DNA of 64,000 nucleotides from the human T2T-CHM13v2.0 reference genome, Homo sapiens. Positions 53,368 through 64,000 of this stretch are shown in pieces. A model generated the notes under the pieces. It did no database searches, had not been told where the DNA came from, and worked only from the letters and a program-made list of their open reading frames with translations. How positions within the stretch are numbered: position 1 is the first letter of the stretch; every line of letters starts with the position of its first letter. The position numbers and the translations under genes are program-made. The DNA lies in assembly GCF_009914755.1 (NCBI RefSeq), contig NC_060946.1. One strand, written 5' to 3'.

Positions 53368-53730
53368 TTCCTTCCCTTCCTTTCTTCCTTCCTTCCCTCC
53401 TTCCTTCTCTCCTTCCTTCCTTCCCTCTTTCCTTCCTTCCCTCTTTCCTTCCTTCCCTCTCCTTCCTTCCCCCTCTCCTTCCTTCCCTCTCTCCTTCCTT
53501 CCCTCTCTCCTTCCTTCCCTCTCACCTTCCTTCCTTCCCTCCCTCCCTCCTTCGGTTTCCTTACTTCCTCCTTTCCTTCATTCCTTCCTGCCCTCCTTCC
53601 CTCCTTCCTTCATTCCTCCCTTCCATCTCTCCTTCCTTCCTTCCATCCCTACCTCCCTCCCTACTTCCTTCCTTCCTTCCCTCTCTCCTTCCTTCCCTCT
53701 TTCCGTCCTTCCTTCCTTCCCTCTCCCTCA
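53368..53730. repeat. (CCTT/CCCT)n polypyrimidine microsatellite
   Basis: ~360 bp nearly pure C/T on the plus strand. Confidence 0.95.
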
Positions 53731-54589
53731 TTTTTTTGCCACTGGATATGGGGAAGGTTGTTCTCTTTCCCACTCATACTTATAATTTTTTTATTTGAAA
53801 CAGCCCCAAATCAGTATCTTCAGAGTTAAGGTCCTCCTTGTGAGCAGATTGTGTGGTTTAAGAACCCTAGACTTAAGTCAGGTTTGGATTTATCCCTTCT
53901 CCGTGCCTCAGGGGTACCGCAGGTGTCTTTTCCTATAACCCTGGGAATTAGATCTTTGTTGTGGCAGAACCATAAGTCGCAGAGCGATGCAGCACAACCA
54001 GCCCACAATTCAGGGGTCAGTGGATTGAAATCGTCTTCTGCTACGGCTCCATCTGGTTCTTCCAGGACTTCCCTCCCTCCTTTTTTTTCCTTTTAGGGTG
54101 TTGAAACTTTAGTGGCATCTACATTGCCTCATAATCAGTCAAAACTCCCCTTATCCCACATCATGGATTAAAGAGAACATTGCCAGGAGCCCTTCACTCT
54201 TCTAGAAGGACTTTATTTGATAGGTCCTTTTTCCATGGTTTAGAATAAAAGAGGTAATAACTAGAAATGTCCCCCTCATAATAGGCTCTACAGCAAATTC
54301 TACTTTAAAGGTTGTTGTTCGTGTCTTCAACTGTGGCTGCCTTTAATGTTTTTGTCATCCACAGACAGATGTTGTCTCATTTTGGTCCTCTTTAAATGAT
54401 GGTTTTATAATCAGCTATAAAATTTAACAGATGCCCTTAAATGCAGGATTCTGATTAATAACGCTGGAGATTGTGACATTAGAATAGAAGGAAAACTTTC
54501 AAATAGAAGAGTGAATGGTGTTTTGTCTACTTTGGACCATATTTTCATAAATATATTATTAGTATGTATTCCAAAATTATTGGAAACTT

Positions 54590-55010
54590 ATATAGAAATG
54601 TAATCCCCAGTGTTGGAAATGGGGCCTGCTGGGAGGTGGCTGGTCCATGGGAGCAGTTTCCAGTCGTTCCCAGTGTCGGAGACGGGGCCTGCTGGAAGGT
54701 GGCTGGTCCATGGGAGCAGCTTCCAGTGGTTCCCACTGTAGGAGATGGGGCCTGCTGGGAGGTGGTTTGTCCATGTAAGCAGTTTCTAATGGTTAAGCAT
54801 CATCCCCCTAGCGCTGCTCTTGTGATGGAGTTCTCATGAGATCTTGTTGCTAAAGTGTGTAGGACCTTCCCCCTCTCTCTCTTCCTCCTGCTCTTGCTTT
54901 ACCTTCCACCATGATTGTTATGTTTCCTGAGGCCTCCCCAGAAGCTGAGCAGATGTCAACATCATGCTTGCTGTACAGGCTGTGGAAGTGTGAGCCAATT
55001 TTCAGTACTC
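54590..55010 (-). mobile_element. MST-like MaLR LTR with an internal 63-bp triplication
   Basis: GAAATGTAATCCCCAGTGTTGGAAATGGGGCCTG...CCTTCCACCATGATTG...TTTCCTGAGGCCTCCCCAGAAGC. Confidence 0.8.
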
Positions 55011-55029
55011 TTCTGTTTTCTTTTTATTT

Positions 55030-55711
55030 TATTTTATTTTTTTAAATTTTATTTTAAGTTCCAGGATACATGTGCAGGACATGCAGTTTTGTTACATGGG
55101 TAAACGTGCACTATGATGATTTGCTGTACTTATCAACCCATCGCCTAGGTATTAAGCCCCACATGCTTTAGCTATTTATCCTGATGCTCTCCCTCCCTGT
55201 CCCTAACGACAGGCCCCAGTGTGTGTTGTTCCCCTCCCTGTGTCCAGGTGTTCTCATTATTCAGCTCCCACTTATGAGTGAGAATATGCGGTATTTGGTC
55301 TTCTGTTCCTGTATTAGTTTGCTGAAGATGATGGCTTCCAGATTCATTCATGTCCCTGTAAAAGACATGATCTCATTCCTTTTTATTGCTGCATAGTATT
55401 CCATGGTGTGTATGTACCAAATTTTCTTTATCCAGTCTATCATTGACGGGCATTTGGATTGAGTCCATGTTTTTGCTATTATGAATAGTGCTGCTATAAA
55501 CATACGCATGCTATATCTTTATAATAGAATGATTTATAGTCCTTTGGATATATACCCAGTAATGGGATTTCTGGGTCAAATGGTAGTTCTGGTTCTAGAT
55601 CCCTGCAGAATCGCCAAACTGTCTTCCACAATGATGGAACTAATTCATATTCCTGCCAACAGTGTAAAAGTGTTTATTTCTCCACAGCTTTGCCAGCATG
55701 TTGTTTCTTGA
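55030..55711 (-). mobile_element. Older L1PA 3' end fragment
   Basis: Poly-T followed by AAGTTCCAGGATACATGTGCAGGAC...; ends at the poly-T of the next L1. Confidence 0.85.
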
Positions 55712-60106
<4,395 letters not shown>

Positions 60107-62214
60107 TAGTCTTCTGTTTTCTAGATTTTTCAGTACACTTCTGTTTTCTAGATTAAGACATTCCTATGGAAAATTTTTCTCTCATTTTTTTTTTTTAGCG
60201 CATAAGACATCCTTAAAAAAATCCTGTTTTTTTTTTAAGATTTTCTACTTATCTTTGGTTTTTTAGTGATAAGTGGTTTGAAAGTGAACTGCATTCGTAT
60301 AGTTTTCTTCACATTTCTTGTGCTTGAGGTTATTTGAGATTCTTAAAACTGTGGGTTTATTGTTTTCACCAATTTTGTATTTTTTCTACTATTATTTCTT
60401 CAATTTTCTGGGGCTTTTTAAGCTTTTGTTCTGTTTATTCTCCTTTGGGTATTCCAGTAACATGTAAGTTATGCTACTAAAAGTTGTTTTACAGCTCACT
60501 GATCTTTTTTTTAATGTGTACTTTCTTTCTGTGATTTATGCTGGTTGGTTTCTACTGTGTTCGCAGGGTTGGCCTGGTGTGACTCTGTGGCTTTCTTGAG
60601 ACATTTGAATAGTACCAAATTTTATTTAAAAATTTTAACCAACACACTATGTTTACTCATGTTTGAAGGAAAGCTCTTGGCTGTTCCTCTTTTTTCTGCT
60701 TCACTCTTACCAATGCAGATGACAGAGACTTGCAGACTCATCTAAGCCTTGTAAGACTCAATAACACGTTTAAAAAAATCATAACTGCTTTTTTGGTTAC
60801 ATATTATAGAGTCATTATTTAATTCTGAATCTAGCTTTAAATTTTGTTTAAAGTAGGAAATATTTTTTGTTCCCACTTAATGCTATTGAGTAGGTATATT
60901 TGTGTTGCTGCTTACTTGAGGACTAATAATTATAGTTGGCCATGAAGCAAAAATCACATATTTCTAAATTACCCTTTCAAAAGATTCATTAAGTTGCCTG
61001 TAAATCACAATGTAGACCAAAGTATTTATGCAGTACTTTAGAGACTCTCAATAATGACAAATATCCAGGTTTCTCTCTAGTAGAAAAGAACAGATGAGTA
61101 CCAAATAGTTTGCATTTTATCATCTAACGTGCTTCAAAAATAAAATTTTAAGCATGAGAATTACACTCAGAGCAGTGAGATGTTCATACTCTGAGAGGCA
61201 TTTAGGATGTGAAAGTGAGAAAACAAGATTTTGTGAATGTAGTCTTGGGATTACTCACTGTGTGTCTTTCAGCCACTTCCCCTCTCCCTCTCCTTTCATC
61301 GCTATCTTCTCCTTGATTTTGAGTTGATTTTTGTATATTTATAATGGAATTTCCCAATGTCATATTGTCTCAACAGCACATTATGAAACAAGTACTTTTA
61401 AATTTACATTCAAACACAGAGAAATAGAGGTTCTTCTTTGAAATTATGGGTTCTTCTTTGAATGAACCCTACATTGCCTTTGGGGGGTGTTCATTATGTA
61501 TAATTTTTAAAAATTGCTAACATCTGAAGCTAAAATTCATTTTTTTGTATTAAGTCTAATAGTTTTTTTTAACTTAAGTGTAGATTTTTTAAAATGCTCC
61601 GTAATGGTGTTATTTATATGATTTTTGTCACTGCAATTTGATTGCTTCATTCATTGCTTTCTTTGTAATACCATTTCTTCCAAATATCATGCTTTCATTG
61701 GTTTCATGAACAGATTTCTACTTTAGAGTGTGAGCAAGGATGTTCTGTTAAATAAATGGGAAAATTAATCCTCCCGAATTTATATTGTCATGTGGAAGTG
61801 AAGAGTAAGTTTAATTTTGTAGCATTTCATCCAGCTTTGTCTCCATCCTTTGATACATGAACAAATTACATGAGTGAAGAACACCACTGTGTTTTCTTAA
61901 ATAACTTTTCAACTTCAGTAAGTCATGAAAGGATCAAATATGAGAGAAATAGAGAACCTCAGGATCAACTCAAGTATTTGGAAAAAGTACTGAAAAATGA
62001 GGTGGGGTAGTTTCAAAACTGACCTGCTCAGCATCGAAAGGCTCTTGTTTCTTAAGGAAGCCATGGAGTTTTATCAGCTTAAAAGTGAGTGGTTTGTAAA
62101 ATGAAATTTTGTTTCTTTTAAACAACTTACTTTTGAAACTTCCATTCTTGTTCGTGGATTGTTGTTTGTTAGAACAGTGATTATTTAGTTTTTATGAGAT
62201 GTTTCTTGTATTTT

Positions 62215-62510
62215 TATTTATTTTTTTAAGGCAGAGTCTTGCTCTGTCGCCCAGGCTGGAGTACAGTGGCTCAATCTCAGTTCACTGCAACCTCCACCTC
62301 CCAGGTTCAAGCGATTCTCGTGACTCAGCCTCCTGAGTAGTTGGGATTACAGGCACCTCCCACCACACCCAGCTAATTTTTGTATTTTTAGTAGAGATGA
62401 GGCTTCACCATGTTGGCCAGGCTTGTCTCAAACTCCTGACCTCAAGTGATCCACCCTCCTCAGCCTCCCAAAGTGCTAGGATTACAGGTGTGAGCCACCG
62501 TGCCCTGCCT
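62215..62510 (-). mobile_element. AluS (Sx-like)
   Basis: T-rich tail, GAGTCTTGCTCTGTCGCCCAGGCTGG...CTCCTGACCTCAAGTGATCC. Confidence 0.92.
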
Positions 62511-63822
62511 GTTTTGTTGTATTTGATGATGAAAATCTGTTATTAACAGGCATCAGGCCTGTTTCTTGTATTTTATCATGAAAATCTGTTATTGACAGTA
62601 AGAGTATGGGGGCTCAGGTTAGCAACAGGGTGTTAGAAAAGCAGCAGTAAAATTTTGGTTCTTAAAACATTTGATGTCTTATTCCTTTTTTTGAACATGG
62701 GTTTTTCTAAAAAAGACCAGTCATTTTGAAACTTGATTTTACTGTCATGTTCTCATTTTGAAATTCATCTTATTGTTTGTATGAATTGGCAGTCCTATAT
62801 GGGAAATTTCGGTTTTGCATATTTTCAGATTATTTTCATTTTTACATCAGAGATTTTGAACAGATGCTATACAAAAGTATTTATTTATTCAACAAAATTT
62901 AGTGCTGCTTATGTTGCAAGCACTTACTGAACTTCATGCTGTATGTGCCTGAGATACTTTTGTGAACGTAATGGCAACATCAAAAACTTTGCCCTTATGC
63001 ACCTTATAAACCTTTAATTTCAAGGCATACTGATGAGTGGGCATCTGCTATAACGTACTTTCATGGTCAATTAATTCACCATTATTTGGGTATACCTTAT
63101 ATTAAAGCGATTATTAAAAACTGGAAAATATTTAACACATCTTCACCTTGCCTTTTTCCTTAACATATGTAGATCAAGGGAGTCACTGAGAATCAGTTTT
63201 AGGGATAGTTATAAAAATCTTAACTTTGCAAATATAACTTTGTCCTCAATGTAATAACTGGAAAAAATAATTTACATTTCAAAGGCTTTAATCTTTGTAT
63301 TTTTTTGAAAAGGAGCCTTCACCGAGATTTTTAAAAAATTATTGCTCTGTCCTACAGTAGAGACTGATAGAATCATGGATATGGTCCTCTAATGGATCTG
63401 TACCACCTCAGTTCTCTTATTGTTGCCCTCCCGTGGTGAAAATTAAAGCTTATTTTCATTTCATGTCTAGGATGTAGTATGTTCTTTTTGGGAAAAACAA
63501 TGATGTTTCTTGAGAAATAAGTGCCTTCAGTATCACTGTGTGTCACTTAATAAATATGACTAATATCTACTTTTACCAGTTGTTGCAATTTGATCCTTAA
63601 ACAGCTGTCTTTAAATTGTACTTTTTCTTTGGTTAAAGAAAAGTAATTATAATAGACATTAATTATTTTTACATAATTTTCTTATGTGGACAGCCGTTCT
63701 TAGAACTAAAACTTTCAGATGTTTATATTACAAGTACAATTATTATTTATTATTATTAATGTCAGTACCCAAATGTAATCAACTCTCTTCCTTTTGTTTC
63801 CTTTTTTGAATCAAAATATTAC

Positions 63823-64000
63823 ACTTATAGAAGCAAGAGCAACGGCTCTATATCTGGATCACTGCAGTGCCTAGAAGATACAACAGCACAATTTACAAAT
63901 CCAAATTTCCAGGAAGTCTCTCCACATACCTCTAGTACAAAAGATGCTTCAGAGACTAGAGGGTCAGAGAGGAAAGAGAGGAAATATTCAACTCTCAGTT
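63823..64000 (+). pseudogene. MLLT10P: MLLT10 (AF10) exon paralog from an unprocessed duplicated gene fragment; continues past the window edge
   Basis: Translates TYRSKSNGSISGSLQCLEDTTAQFTNPNFQEVSPHTSSTKDASETRGSERKERK, versus MLLT10 TYTSTSNNSISGSLKRLEDTTARFTNANFQEVSAHTSSGKDVSETRGSEGKGKK. Preceded by a polypyrimidine tract. Confidence 0.85.

Noticed and set aside
53319-53829. Pro/Ser/Leu/Phe-rich ORFs
   Set aside because: Translations of the CCTT microsatellite
61919-62085. Exon-like segment (TTCAG...AAAA|GTGAGT)
   Set aside because: Splice-like ends, but it contains stops and I cannot match it to MLLT10 or any other protein; unsupported without alignment

Overview
Primate (human or great-ape-like) pericentromeric or acrocentric-type segmental-duplication DNA. 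It contains no intact protein-coding gene. About 13.3 kb of 48-bp CER-type satellite abuts a truncated L1 through a complex junction. A repeat-rich mosaic follows (L1PA/L1PB/L1M, Alu, MaLR/ERV LTRs, ERVL pol remnant, Tigger1). Embedded in it are remnants of the gene set known from 4q35/FRG1-related duplicons: a RARRES2 (chemerin) retrocopy, a D4Z4/DUX4-like remnant that lacks both homeoboxes but keeps the C-terminal activation domain in frame, and an MLLT10 exon at the right edge. The most interesting non-catalogue signals are: a ~139-bp tandem array (ACRO1-like) built from paired inverted ZNF143/THAP11-type motifs next to a CTCF consensus site; a ~320-bp inverted duplication ending in a 75-bp tandem triplication; a TSD-bounded RARRES2 retrocopy carrying ~450 nt of extra 5' sequence; an ORF1-deleted L1; and template-switch-like junctions. 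I cannot support a wholly new biological system from this sequence. All family names come from recall of consensus sequences, not from a database search.
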